This document shows positions 10,705 to 20,290 of a stretch of DNA of 64,000 nt, piece after piece. The notes under the pieces were generated by a model. The model was not told where the DNA came from. It saw only the letters and a program-made list of their open reading frames with translations, and searched no databases. The DNA lies in contig CAWBOS010000015.1 in the NCBI GenBank assembly GCA_963790475.1, positions 352,001 through 416,000 of the forward strand, read 5' to 3'. Position 1 is the stretch's first letter. Every line of letters begins with the position of its first letter. Made by a program: the position numbers and the translations under genes. Origin of the DNA: an uncultured delta proteobacterium. GTDB lineage: Bacteria > Desulfobacterota > RBG-13-43-22.

Positions 10705-10774
10705 TAAACTGACAGTCTAACCCTCTACTAGGGCCAGGAAAAATCTTTTCCTCTTGACAACTGTCAGCCATATC

Positions 10775-10799
10775 GGATTCCGGCTTTCGCAGGAATGAC
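10775..10799. repeat. Right part of the REP-like palindromic repeat
   Basis: GGATTCCGGCTTTCGCAGGAATGAC; its ends are complementary to GGAATCC and GTCATTCC of the left part. Confidence 0.7.
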
Positions 10800-10942
10800 G
10801 GATTAAGACTATTGTAAACCCATTACTAAGAAACTACACTAAGGGTCGATTCTTTTTTTTTCATAAAACATGAGCTAAATCGCCTATCGATAACAAGAAA
10901 ATTCGCAAACGAATAACCTTTGACCGGATTTCTACTCCGGTT

Positions 10943-11482
10943 TTATTGATAACGGATCACAATCCCACCAAACACACTTGTGGCTTCAATTAACAAATAA
11001 TTCTGGTTCTCATCGAAATTTTTGCTTTGATAAGTAGAGGTTCCAAAAGCGCCGGTAACATTCTCCGGTAATTGTACCCCGCCAAAAACAGCCTCCGCTT
11101 TAATGCGAACGGGTGTTGTTTCACTTAAAATGACCTCCGCGCCACCAAAGACGACCTTGATCTTTATTGGGGTAACTCTTTCCTTAAGTTCGACACCTCT
11201 CAAATCAATAAAGGCCTTCCCGAATAAGGCATTATACTCTTTTGAATCTCCGGAGAGGCCTCGGTAAGTCCTCTCCTGAAATAGGACATTTCCGGCTTTT
11301 CCCTGACAGGAAGGGAAAGAAATACAACTACCAAAAATAATTTTCAGACCGATAAAAATGAGAATCAAACCGAAAAGGACCTTGAATATCGGAATGTGGA
11401 TATTGAAAATAACATTGACAATGATTCCCAAACCTAAAAGAATAATTAAAATTCCAATGAACAGTCCCAGTCCCATTTTCAT
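10943..11482 (-). CDS. LiaF-like membrane protein (cell-envelope stress response domain)
   Basis: Two N-terminal TM helices, then repeated xFGG/xFGx beta-strands (ALFGKAFIDL, VVFGGAEV, SVFGGIVI); GAGGAGG RBS. Confidence 0.75.
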   Translation of the reverse strand: MKMGLGLFIGILIILLGLGIIVNVIFNIHIPIFKVLFGLILIFIGLKIIFGSCISFPSCQGKAGNVLFQERTYRGLSGDSKEYNALFGKAFIDLRGVELKERVTPIKIKVVFGGAEVILSETTPVRIKAEAVFGGVQLPENVTGAFGTSTYQSKNFDENQNYLLIEATSVFGGIVIRYQ

Positions 11483-11727
11483 AACCTCCTCCTCATTTTT
11501 AATATCGGATTTCCTTTGGGGATGGAAAGAGTATAAGATAGGCATAATGAGGGATCAAGGAGAAAAATACAATAGGGGCAAACCGGAGGAAAGGGGCGTG
11601 AATAAGGGGGGCAAAGGATTCTAGGCCCGGCGGAATCCGTATTTGACAATTCTTTTCAGAAACGGTAGCTTGACCTTACTCTATTAAGATGAATAGATTC
11701 TTTAGTAATACTTTCAGATAAGGAAGA

Positions 11728-12399
11728 ATGAATATGAGCGATCAGGTCAGAAAAAATAATCTCGAAGAATGGGATGCCCTTTTGATCAATCTATTCCAAG
11801 GCCGGATTCCTGAAAGCCGCTCCTGGACAGAAAAAAAAGATATTATGAAGACCCTTCAATTATTAGGCGGTAAGCCAAACCTTAGTCGGGTATTTTTCCC
11901 TGACGGAGGCGGCCTTGATTTAAAGGGGGCTGCCGACTCGGCTGAGCCGGATTGCATCGCACTTCATTTTGTTGAAAACCCGCCAGGTATTGTAAAACCT
12001 AAGGTTTTGATCTTTCAATCTTTCGATAAGCCTTACGAATGGGCCTATTTTCGATTGGAAACCAAAGGTCTTGATCCCAGTGGTTGGTATGAGAATTTGA
12101 CGGGAATAAAGGAGGAGCTGACTGAACTCCGCCCCGGAGAATATATTCATCGATCCTATTGGGATGCGGGCTATTACGAATTTGATGAAACCGGTAGGGA
12201 ACTACCCTTGCCCGGCACGGCAAGAATCGTATTTCGATATCTTTCAGGTTCTTTTTTGTTTTTCGCCAAGGCCTCTCCTTATAATGAAGTCCTTTCAACG
12301 GATGACGAACCCCATTTAAAAATGACCCAAGAGGAGTTTAAGGAGTACATCGGCGGTAAGGCAAAGACGCTTAAAAAGAAGTCGGGTGGGTTATGTTAA
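11728..12399 (+). CDS. Hypothetical protein
   Basis: 223-aa ORF with globular composition (WAYFRLE, EELTELRPGEY), overlapping the start of the next gene. Confidence 0.75.
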   Translation: MNMSDQVRKNNLEEWDALLINLFQGRIPESRSWTEKKDIMKTLQLLGGKPNLSRVFFPDGGGLDLKGAADSAEPDCIALHFVENPPGIVKPKVLIFQSFDKPYEWAYFRLETKGLDPSGWYENLTGIKEELTELRPGEYIHRSYWDAGYYEFDETGRELPLPGTARIVFRYLSGSFLFFAKASPYNEVLSTDDEPHLKMTQEEFKEYIGGKAKTLKKKSGGLC

Positions 12400-13307
12400 A
12401 AATCGTGGATATAAAAAAAGAATCCCCTGTCCGGACAAAACCGGCCTCAACCGTTGTTCTTGTCCGGGATCATGACCAGGAACTCCAAGTCTACTTGCTC
12501 AAACGAAGCACGGGGAGTGGGTTTTTCCCTGGCAGTTATGTCTTTCCCGGAGGCGCCCTGAATCCGGATGATGGAGATTCCGAATTCTGGCAACCGCATA
12601 TCGATTTGTCATCAGAAGATCTCCTAAAGGTTTTTGGTCCCGGACAGAATATGGCAGAAATCATTGCCTACGGGCTGGCCGCCATACGAGAGACCTTTGA
12701 AGAGGCCGGGGTTTTTTTGGCCCGAAAAAAGGCAGATAGAAATGAGTTTGGGGGAAGCATCAGCGAGAGACCTTCCGCCGAAAAGCTCGATGAGCGATGG
12801 TTTCGCAGGAAAGTCTCAGAGGAAGGCTGGAGTCTTTCCTTTTCGAACCTTTTCCCCTGGTCCCGCTGGATTACTCCCGAGCCCATGCCCAAACGATTTG
12901 ATACCCGTTTTTTTGCAGCCCTCATGCCTGAAGGCCAGGAGTGTGTCCCGGATAACCATGAAACCGTTCATGGGCTTTGGGTCAGCCCGATTAAGGGCCT
13001 CCAGGGAAATATACGGGGGGAGATTCCTCTCAGTCCCCCAACCTTGGTCACCCTACACGAGTTGTTGAAGTTTGGAACGTTGGCAAGCCTTACCCAGACT
13101 AATCGATCCCTATCCTGGGGGGAGCCGCGCCAGCCGATCCAAATAAGATTGGATAGGGGGGTTGTCATTGTGCAACCTTGGGACCTTCATTATGGAAAAC
13201 CGATTGAAATCGATCCGGAGGGCCTGCCCCGGAAGGTGATCCCTGCCGGCGAACCCTTCTCTCGTCTCTGGCTGGATCAGGGAATCTGGCGACCGGTGAG
13301 GGCTTGA
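12393..13307 (+). CDS. NUDIX hydrolase (NUDT19-like, probable CoA diphosphatase)
   Basis: YVFPGG...AAIRETFEEAGV split Nudix box; WITPE..PKRFDTRFF. Confidence 0.88.
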   Translation: MLKIVDIKKESPVRTKPASTVVLVRDHDQELQVYLLKRSTGSGFFPGSYVFPGGALNPDDGDSEFWQPHIDLSSEDLLKVFGPGQNMAEIIAYGLAAIRETFEEAGVFLARKKADRNEFGGSISERPSAEKLDERWFRRKVSEEGWSLSFSNLFPWSRWITPEPMPKRFDTRFFAALMPEGQECVPDNHETVHGLWVSPIKGLQGNIRGEIPLSPPTLVTLHELLKFGTLASLTQTNRSLSWGEPRQPIQIRLDRGVVIVQPWDLHYGKPIEIDPEGLPRKVIPAGEPFSRLWLDQGIWRPVRA

Positions 13308-13341
13308 AAACCCCCTTCATTTTCAGTCAACAAGAAAACCC

Positions 13342-13785
13342 TTAGAGACCTATAGGAGTGATTTGGTATTTAAACTCATAGCCGAATGAATTGGACAAGG
13401 CTTCTATCCTTTTCCTTATTTCCTGAAAATCAAACTTATAAGAATAGTCTTTCCCGAGGAGACGGGATTGTTCTTCTATGGTCCCCTCTCGTCCTCCGGT
13501 GCCACTTTTGTAAACTTCTTTTTTAAAACCAAACCCTGAGGATATCTCTCCGTCAAATCCCCCCCCGGCCGAAAGCCCAGCCCCTGATTCTTTCAGCATT
13601 TCGGTGAATTTTATCTCCTTTAGCTGATCATCAACTCGAAGTTTAGCTGTGTACTGGAGCTTCTTTTTGGTTAGAAAGGCTTTTCTTTCGGCTATGACTA
13701 ATGAAAGACCCAAGACCCCTTTCTTCTCTGTTATTTCCGCCTGGATCGTTGAGGCATAATTTTTTATTTCGTCAAGTAAAGTCAT
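13342..13785 (-). CDS. Hypothetical protein
   Basis: 147-aa ORF with GGGGAG RBS and a Gly-rich central loop; no family recognised. Confidence 0.7.
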   Translation of the reverse strand: MTLLDEIKNYASTIQAEITEKKGVLGLSLVIAERKAFLTKKKLQYTAKLRVDDQLKEIKFTEMLKESGAGLSAGGGFDGEISSGFGFKKEVYKSGTGGREGTIEEQSRLLGKDYSYKFDFQEIRKRIEALSNSFGYEFKYQITPIGL

Positions 13786-13906
13786 TTTCTCCCCCCTTTT
13801 TTGAATTATTCCAGGTCACCATCCCCCAAAATTTTCTTTCCAGGAATTTCCTCCCCTTACTGGAGAGACCTTATCTTGATTATTCCGGTAAATGTTGATC
13901 TCTTCT

Positions 13907-15550
13907 CTACCAGGGGTCGACAAAGGCGTGCCCTTCTCCCGATGTTCGTTCAACCGGAACAGATCTAAAGCCCTGCATAATCCATTGGCGGGTATCCGCT
14001 GGATCGATGACCGAATCAATTTCCAGGTATGAAGCCACATTGATGGCCTTTCCCCTTTCATAGGAAAGAGCGACCAATTTATTGTAGAGGGCTTCACGCC
14101 CCTGCGTATCTTTAACGGCCTCCAGCTCCTTTTTAAATCCGGCCTTGACCGCCCCTTCCAGCCCCATTCCTCCGAATTCTCCCGTCGGCCAGGAAGCCGT
14201 AAAGAAAGATTCATGGAATCCGCCCTTGCTCATGGCCATGACCCCGAGACCATAGGCTCTTCGCAATATGACCGTAAAATAAGGTACCGTTATATGAGCA
14301 CCGACTACAAACATCCGGCAGACATGGCGGACCTGGGCGCGTTTTTCGATCTCCGGCCCCACCATGAACCCCGGGGTATCGCACAGAGATAGAATCGGCA
14401 GACCATGGGCGTCGCACAGTTGCATCAGCCTCGCGGCCTTGTCCGCATCTTCCGCTTCAATAGCCCCGGCCGTGTGCATGCAGTTGTTGGCGATAAGACC
14501 GAAAGGTCTTCCTTCGATGCGGACCAGGCCCGTAACCATACCGGGGCCGAATTGGGGCCGAAGCTCAAGAAAGGAGCCTTTATCGGCCAGTGTTTTAATC
14601 ACCTTTCGCACGTCATAAACACGGCGCCGGTTTTCCGGAATCAAATCGCGCAACAAGCGCTGGTCGGCGGCCTCCCATTCAGAAGTCGTTCCCTGAAAGT
14701 AGCCAAGATATTGTTTGGCCACAGCGACCATCTCCATATCATCCGCTACGGCAATATCGACGACGCCGTTTTTAGTCTGCACATCCATCGGGCCGACCTC
14801 CTCCGGTTTGAAGACACCGAGACCGCCGCCTTCGATCATCACCGGCCCGCCCATGCCGATGTTGGAATTCTTGGCGGCGATGATGACATCGCAGCAGCCC
14901 AGTAGGGCGGCATTGCCTGCAAAGCAATAACCCGAAACCAGGCCGACCACCGGGACCCGGCCGCTGAGTCTGGCGAAGGAAGCAAAGGTAGACAAATCCA
15001 GACCCGCCACCATAACACTCCCTTCAGCATCTACATCACCCGGCCTTCCCCCGCCGCCTTCTCCGAAGAAAATCAGGGGCAGGCGTTCCTCATAAGCCAA
15101 TTTCAGCATGCGATCCTTCTTCTTGTGATTAAAAAAACCCTGAGTGCCGGCCAGAACGGTATAATCATAAGCCAAAATCATGCAGCGTCCTTTGTCGTCT
15201 CCGAAAAGCGAGCCGTTGACCGAGCCGATACCGGCAATCATTCCATCGCCGGGGGTCTTGCTGATGAGATCATCCAGGGAACGACGCTTGCGTTGGGCGG
15301 CCAGGGTTAGGGCTCCGTATTCAATGAAGCGGCCGGGGTCGCAGAGATCCATAACGTTGGCCCGGGTCGTGCGCTGGTTTTTTTTCTGCCGTCGTGCCAC
15401 CGCCTCCGGGCGATTCTCGTCCAAACCAAAAGAATGCCGATGGATCACCTCGGCCAGTTCAGGGCGCAGGGGATGAATGCCCTTCTCTTTATCATCGGGT
15501 CGGGAGCTATCGACTGCCGCCCCTCTTTCTTTATCTTTAGATGTTTTCAT
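13907..15550 (-). CDS. Acyl-CoA carboxylase carboxyltransferase subunit
   Basis: YDYTVLAGTQG, EGGGGRPGD, GYCFAGNAAL, GMGGP, LCDTPGFMVGP. Confidence 0.92.
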   Translation of the reverse strand: MKTSKDKERGAAVDSSRPDDKEKGIHPLRPELAEVIHRHSFGLDENRPEAVARRQKKNQRTTRANVMDLCDPGRFIEYGALTLAAQRKRRSLDDLISKTPGDGMIAGIGSVNGSLFGDDKGRCMILAYDYTVLAGTQGFFNHKKKDRMLKLAYEERLPLIFFGEGGGGRPGDVDAEGSVMVAGLDLSTFASFARLSGRVPVVGLVSGYCFAGNAALLGCCDVIIAAKNSNIGMGGPVMIEGGGLGVFKPEEVGPMDVQTKNGVVDIAVADDMEMVAVAKQYLGYFQGTTSEWEAADQRLLRDLIPENRRRVYDVRKVIKTLADKGSFLELRPQFGPGMVTGLVRIEGRPFGLIANNCMHTAGAIEAEDADKAARLMQLCDAHGLPILSLCDTPGFMVGPEIEKRAQVRHVCRMFVVGAHITVPYFTVILRRAYGLGVMAMSKGGFHESFFTASWPTGEFGGMGLEGAVKAGFKKELEAVKDTQGREALYNKLVALSYERGKAINVASYLEIDSVIDPADTRQWIMQGFRSVPVERTSGEGHAFVDPW

Positions 15551-15778
15551 GGGCTACACCTTTCCTACGGTTGATGTTCATCTTTTTGATAATTTATACA
15601 ATAATCCGGTAAGCATATCAAGAAAACGATTAGGTCAATAGGTGTGGACCGAAGACCCCTGAATCTTCCCCGAGAAATTGTTGTTGCCTGGAAGATCAGA
15701 CCCTGCTTATAATATTTTCGAAGGGGCTCTCCCTGAGTTGCTTCCCTTTTCCTAATAACGACAGAAATGGAGAAATAA

Positions 15779-16063
15779 ATGGAAAACACAAAAAATGAAC
15801 CGCAACCGGTTCAAATAAATACCGGCGACGAGCTGTCCAGGGGCCGGTACAGCAATACCATGCTGGTCACCCACGGGCCGGAGGAGTTCATGATAGATTG
15901 GTTGCTTCATTCGCCCAACGGGGCGCATCTGGTATCGCGGATCATAGTTTCTCCCAGCCATATGAAACGGATTGTAAAGGCCCTCCAGGAAAATCTCGAT
16001 AAATTTGAACAAAATTTCGGAGAAATAAAAATTGCCGATCCACCGACAACGATGATGCAATAG
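15779..16063 (+). CDS. DUF3467-like small protein
   Basis: GRYSN...HGPEEFMIDW...SRIIVSPSHMKRIVKALQENL..FE..FGEI pattern. Confidence 0.8.
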   Translation: MENTKNEPQPVQINTGDELSRGRYSNTMLVTHGPEEFMIDWLLHSPNGAHLVSRIIVSPSHMKRIVKALQENLDKFEQNFGEIKIADPPTTMMQ

Positions 16064-16287
16064 AGATTATTGACCCCAAAATTATAAAAAAATCCCCCTG
16101 AGAATAATTTTTCTTGCGATGGGGGCTTGATTTGTGGTTTAATTCTTCTTAAAGTATACAAAACTAGTCCACCAACCATCTCTCTTCCGGTGGAGATTTT
16201 TAACCCTGACAGAAATTTTTCTGGACAGCGGCAAGATATAAAAAAAGATAAAAATTGACTGACATTTTTTCTTAGGAAGGAGGGACT

Positions 16288-16734
16288 ATGATCCAGACTA
16301 AAGTTCTTCTTGTGGATGACGAACGGGAGAATATTCGCTATTTGACCACCATCCTTGAGGAAAACGGTTTTAAAAACATTTTCAGTGCAGCCAATGGCGA
16401 GGAGGGTCTTAAACAGGTGGAGGCCGTAAACCCCGGTCTGATCGTGCTTGATATCCGCATGCCCAGGAAAAGCGGTATCCAGATGTTTAATGATTTGAAA
16501 ACGGTTTCGAGGTTTAAGGATATCCCGATTATCGTTTTGACCGGAGAAGGGGAATTTTTAAAACGCCTGCATGCCTTGCGCACCTTCCACGAAGGGGATG
16601 AAGTCAAGTTGGATAAACCGGCTGAAGAAGCCTTGGCCCGATTAATTGATGATCGTCCGCAAGCCTTTCTGGAAAAACCTATAGAACCGGAAGCCTTTAT
16701 GGAAACGGTTCGGAAGGTTCTATCCAAGGGATGA
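16288..16734 (+). CDS. Single-domain response regulator
   Basis: LLVDDE, LDIRMP (phospho-Asp), IVLTG and EKP. Confidence 0.92.
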   Translation: MIQTKVLLVDDERENIRYLTTILEENGFKNIFSAANGEEGLKQVEAVNPGLIVLDIRMPRKSGIQMFNDLKTVSRFKDIPIIVLTGEGEFLKRLHALRTFHEGDEVKLDKPAEEALARLIDDRPQAFLEKPIEPEAFMETVRKVLSKG

Positions 16735-16865
16735 AAAGGATACCCGGGACCTCATTCGGCCGTTGGGCAGACCGACAGGTCAAGGAGTCAGGTGATCAAT
16801 TTGGAGTTCTTTCTCTTAGCCTTAAAATCTACTTTTCAAAGTAGATTGAGAGGAGTTCCGCTTTA

Positions 16866-18452
16866 ATGCCGCCAGAGGATTATAATCAGGGGAAAAAATC
16901 TGCCGCGAATCATTCGGCCGTCGAAAGTTCAGCAGGTCCGGTGATCCGCCGCGGCACTCAAGCCCGGCTCCCACTTAAAATGGGGATTATCGGAGGAGGG
17001 AAGGCTTGTGACGACCTTCTGACACTTCTTGTCGAGGAGCATGTAAGCCCCCTGAATATTGAAATTTTAGGGGTGTCCGACCCTAATCCCGAGGCCCCGG
17101 GTTTGATTCATGCCCGCCGCTTGTCAATTTATACCACGCCGGATTTTCAACAATTATACAATCTCCCCGGTCTCAACTTTCTAATCGAACTGACAGGTTC
17201 CAACGCGGTTCGGAAACAGGTCATTGAAACCAAACCTTTTGAAATCAGCTTTATGGACCACCGCAGCTCCCGCCTGTTATGGGACCTCCTGCAAATCAAT
17301 ACCGAGAAATACCAATTACAGTTGGGGGAGATCGCCCTTCAGGAAGAAGTGCGACGGCACAAAGAGTATTTGGAAAACATAGTTATCAACTCCTCAGATA
17401 TGATTATCACCACCGATTTGGAGCGGAATATCGTCACTTTTAATCCCGCCGGACAACGGATGTTGGGTTATTCTCCGGTGGAGATGCGGGGCAAAAAGGT
17501 GGAAGACATTTGGGTCAATCCGGAAGAAAGGGAACGGCTGCTTTCCTTGGTTTTCTCCCAGGGAGCAGTTGACAATTTTCCCACCACCTTGATGGCCAAA
17601 AACGGGCAAGGGGTTGACATCAGCCTTTCCTTATCCCTTTTAAGGGACAATACCGGCCAGGTTATTGGGACCGTTGGCATCAGTAAGGACGTGACCGAGG
17701 AAAACCGTCTTCGGCGTCAATTAATTGAAAATGAACGATTGGCGGCCATTGGGCAGACCGTAGCCGAATTGGCCCATTGTATTAAGAATATTTTAAACGG
17801 CCTGAAGGGAGGGTCTTACCTGATCAATGTTGGGCTCAAGCGAAAGGAAAACGGGTTGGTTGCTGAAGGTTGGCAAACCGTACAAAAAGGGATTTCCCGG
17901 ATCAGCCGTCTGAGCTTGGATATGCTCAATTATTCTCACGACCGGAAACCGGATTTACAACCGGTCGACCCCTTTCTATTGGCCAAAGAAGCCACAGATA
18001 TGGTTTTTCAAGCTGCTCTTCTGGAGGGGATTGAGGTCAACCTCAACGGTCAGGAAGGACCACTCGTGCTTTTGGATTCAACGCAAATAGGAAGAGCCCT
18101 GATGAATTTAATCGATAATGCCATCGATGCCTGCCGGGAGAAGGACTATTTAGACAATGAAAAACCTCGGGTAGAAGTTACGGTGGACCGGGGGGATAAT
18201 GAGGTCCAGTTTATTGTCCGGGACAATGGAACGGGGATGGATGCCGAAGTACAAGGCCAGTTATTTAAACGGTTTTACAGCACCAAGGATTCCGGAGGAA
18301 CCGGACTTGGGCTCCCGGTAACCCAAAAAATCGTCAACGAACATCGAGGCATCTTGAAATGGGTATCAGGTCCCGGAAAGGGATCGGCCTTTTCTCTCGT
18401 TTTACCTATTTACTTACCGGACTCTTCAAATGGAAAAACCTCGAAACAGTAA
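16866..18452 (+). CDS. PAS sensor histidine kinase with N-terminal Rossmann-like domain
   Basis: GIIGGG N-domain, PAS (FNPAGQRMLGY...GISKDVT), H-box LAHCIKN, N-box NLIDNA, DNGTG, GTGLGL. Confidence 0.92.
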   Translation: MPPEDYNQGKKSAANHSAVESSAGPVIRRGTQARLPLKMGIIGGGKACDDLLTLLVEEHVSPLNIEILGVSDPNPEAPGLIHARRLSIYTTPDFQQLYNLPGLNFLIELTGSNAVRKQVIETKPFEISFMDHRSSRLLWDLLQINTEKYQLQLGEIALQEEVRRHKEYLENIVINSSDMIITTDLERNIVTFNPAGQRMLGYSPVEMRGKKVEDIWVNPEERERLLSLVFSQGAVDNFPTTLMAKNGQGVDISLSLSLLRDNTGQVIGTVGISKDVTEENRLRRQLIENERLAAIGQTVAELAHCIKNILNGLKGGSYLINVGLKRKENGLVAEGWQTVQKGISRISRLSLDMLNYSHDRKPDLQPVDPFLLAKEATDMVFQAALLEGIEVNLNGQEGPLVLLDSTQIGRALMNLIDNAIDACREKDYLDNEKPRVEVTVDRGDNEVQFIVRDNGTGMDAEVQGQLFKRFYSTKDSGGTGLGLPVTQKIVNEHRGILKWVSGPGKGSAFSLVLPIYLPDSSNGKTSKQ

Positions 18453-19137
18453 TAACTGTCGAATGGCTGAAGGACCAAACATTGAAAAGAAGGATTTTTC
18501 GCTTCCCAGAGGAGAAAGGTCCTTCCCCCGGAATCTGTCGCTTTAGCCCAATTGGAGAGTTGAAGACTTACCTTTTGCCCTACCTCTTCGTTCCTAAAAA
18601 GCAGATTCCTTTTCTGCCAGAGAGAACCTCTAATAACTCCTTGTCTCTCCAGTTCCATTACTTCTATGACTTGAACGGTGGTCAATGGGAAGGCTGTGGA
18701 CATAGTATAATCATTAATCGACAGGATGTTATCCTAATCCCTGGCGTTATGGACGGTCTTCGGGATTCCCTTTCTGATAGAAGGCAGAAAAAGATCCGAC
18801 GAGTTCGATTTATAGAGGATTCTCCCTAAATATTGTCCATCCCTATATAAAAAAATCCCCTGGATGTTGTTCCAATTTACTTTTTTTGGGTCCGGACGTC
18901 AATCTGATTTTGTTAGAGGCCCCCTTCCGCACCTCTCCTACCCTGGGCAATCGACCGGGAAGGTCTGGTTCTACTTTAGGCCATTACTACAGATAAGTCC
19001 TTTCAGGCGACTCCAGTGTCATCTTAAAGCTTCTCTTTTGGGGTTTTCTTTCTGAATCATGGTCATTTCTTTAATATAACCTTATGATATTAATTAATTT
19101 AAAGAACAGCAGCTCCTTTTCAAATTCTTTAATATTT

Positions 19138-19153
19138 TGGCATACTATTTGAA
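19138..19153 (+). promoter_or_regulatory. Sigma-54-type promoter (variant -12)
   Basis: TGGCAT-ACTAT-TTGAA; canonical spacing, with GA in place of GC at -12. Confidence 0.5.
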
Positions 19154-19228
19154 GAACATTAATTGTTGCACCTGATCGACCTGATTAAAGCTTGGGTGTA
19201 TCTCACAGCATCCCGGATTAAATAACCG

Positions 19229-20290
19229 ATGGCTTTCCCATTAAAAACGGACAAACTTAGATCCCTTTTCTGGAGAATATTCCTTTTTGTGGCCGGGTCG
19301 GCCCCCCTTTTTTTTCTGATAGGGTATACCAAGCCGCCTCAGGAAAATCTTTCTTGGGTTTTACTTTTTGGAGTGGTCTATATTCTCTTTTTATTCTTCC
19401 TTTTTTTCTATTTGCAAACGGTTTTTTCCAGGGAACACATCAATAAGATGGTTGAAATAAGCTCCATGGCCGAAGAAATCCAAGCCGAAAAACTGGCTTC
19501 CCTGGGGCTGGTGTCGGCCGGGATTGCTCATGAGATTAATAATCCCTTGGGAATTATATTAGGCTATTGTGGGTTGCTCTTAGAAAAAATTGAACCGGAA
19601 ACGCAGCTCTATAACGACCTGAAAACCATTGAACGCCAGGGCCTGAACTGCAAACTTGTGGTTGACAATTTATTGAATTTTACCAGGTTGGGCGGAAACC
19701 CCGATGACAAGGTCAACCTTAAGGAAATCATCGAAAAAATAATGACCGTTGTTGGACCGGGGTTGAAGGCCCAGGGTATAATTTGTGAGTGTTCTTTTTC
19801 TTCCCAATTGCCTCCGGCCCGTGGAAATGTTCAAAAATGGCAGCAGGTGATTTTAAACCTAGTCAATAATGCTAAAACGGCCATGCCTGGTGGGGGGAGT
19901 CTTAAGATCTGGGCCTCGAGTCAACACCACCCCAAAACCATAGAAATTGGCATTCAAGATTCAGGAAATGGTATCCCCCCCAAAAACCTAAAGAGGATAT
20001 TCGAACCCTTTTTCACCACGAAAAACGAAGGGCGTGGAATTGGTTTGGGACTTTCCGTCACTTATGGTATTATTATTAATTATGGAGGGACCATAAGCTG
20101 CGAGAGTGAAACCAAGGATGCACCCGGCCGCCCCAAAGGTACAACCTTCATCATTTCCGTTCCCACGGCATCAGTTAAGAGCTTCGGCGTTGCGGGGAGT
20201 CAATTTGCGGCCTCATCAGTGCCCCATATCCATTATAATTTAATAAAAAATAGGTTCGACAAGGAAGCAATATGGCCGAAAGAATATTGA
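19229..20290 (+). CDS. Membrane-anchored histidine kinase (NtrB-like)
   Basis: Two TM helices; AHEINNPL, NLVNNA, DSGNG, FEPFFTTK, GIGLGL. Confidence 0.92.
   Translation: MAFPLKTDKLRSLFWRIFLFVAGSAPLFFLIGYTKPPQENLSWVLLFGVVYILFLFFLFFYLQTVFSREHINKMVEISSMAEEIQAEKLASLGLVSAGIAHEINNPLGIILGYCGLLLEKIEPETQLYNDLKTIERQGLNCKLVVDNLLNFTRLGGNPDDKVNLKEIIEKIMTVVGPGLKAQGIICECSFSSQLPPARGNVQKWQQVILNLVNNAKTAMPGGGSLKIWASSQHHPKTIEIGIQDSGNGIPPKNLKRIFEPFFTTKNEGRGIGLGLSVTYGIIINYGGTISCESETKDAPGRPKGTTFIISVPTASVKSFGVAGSQFAASSVPHIHYNLIKNRFDKEAIWPKEY

Larger units (their letters stand above)
9243..10774 (+). mobile_element. IS110 family, IS1111-type insertion sequence
   Basis: Sub-terminal inverted repeats ATGGCTGACAATT (9250-9262) and AACTGTCAGCCAT (10759-10771), 12/13 match. 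CATAAT in the left end and TTGACA in the right end would form a promoter on circularisation. Long 3' non-coding end, no target-site duplication. Ends are uncertain by 1-2 nt. Confidence 0.88.

Noticed and set aside
18359-19055. Overlapping small ORFs between the two kinases
   Set aside because: Conflicting strands, no convincing RBS or motif; cannot be supported as genes.
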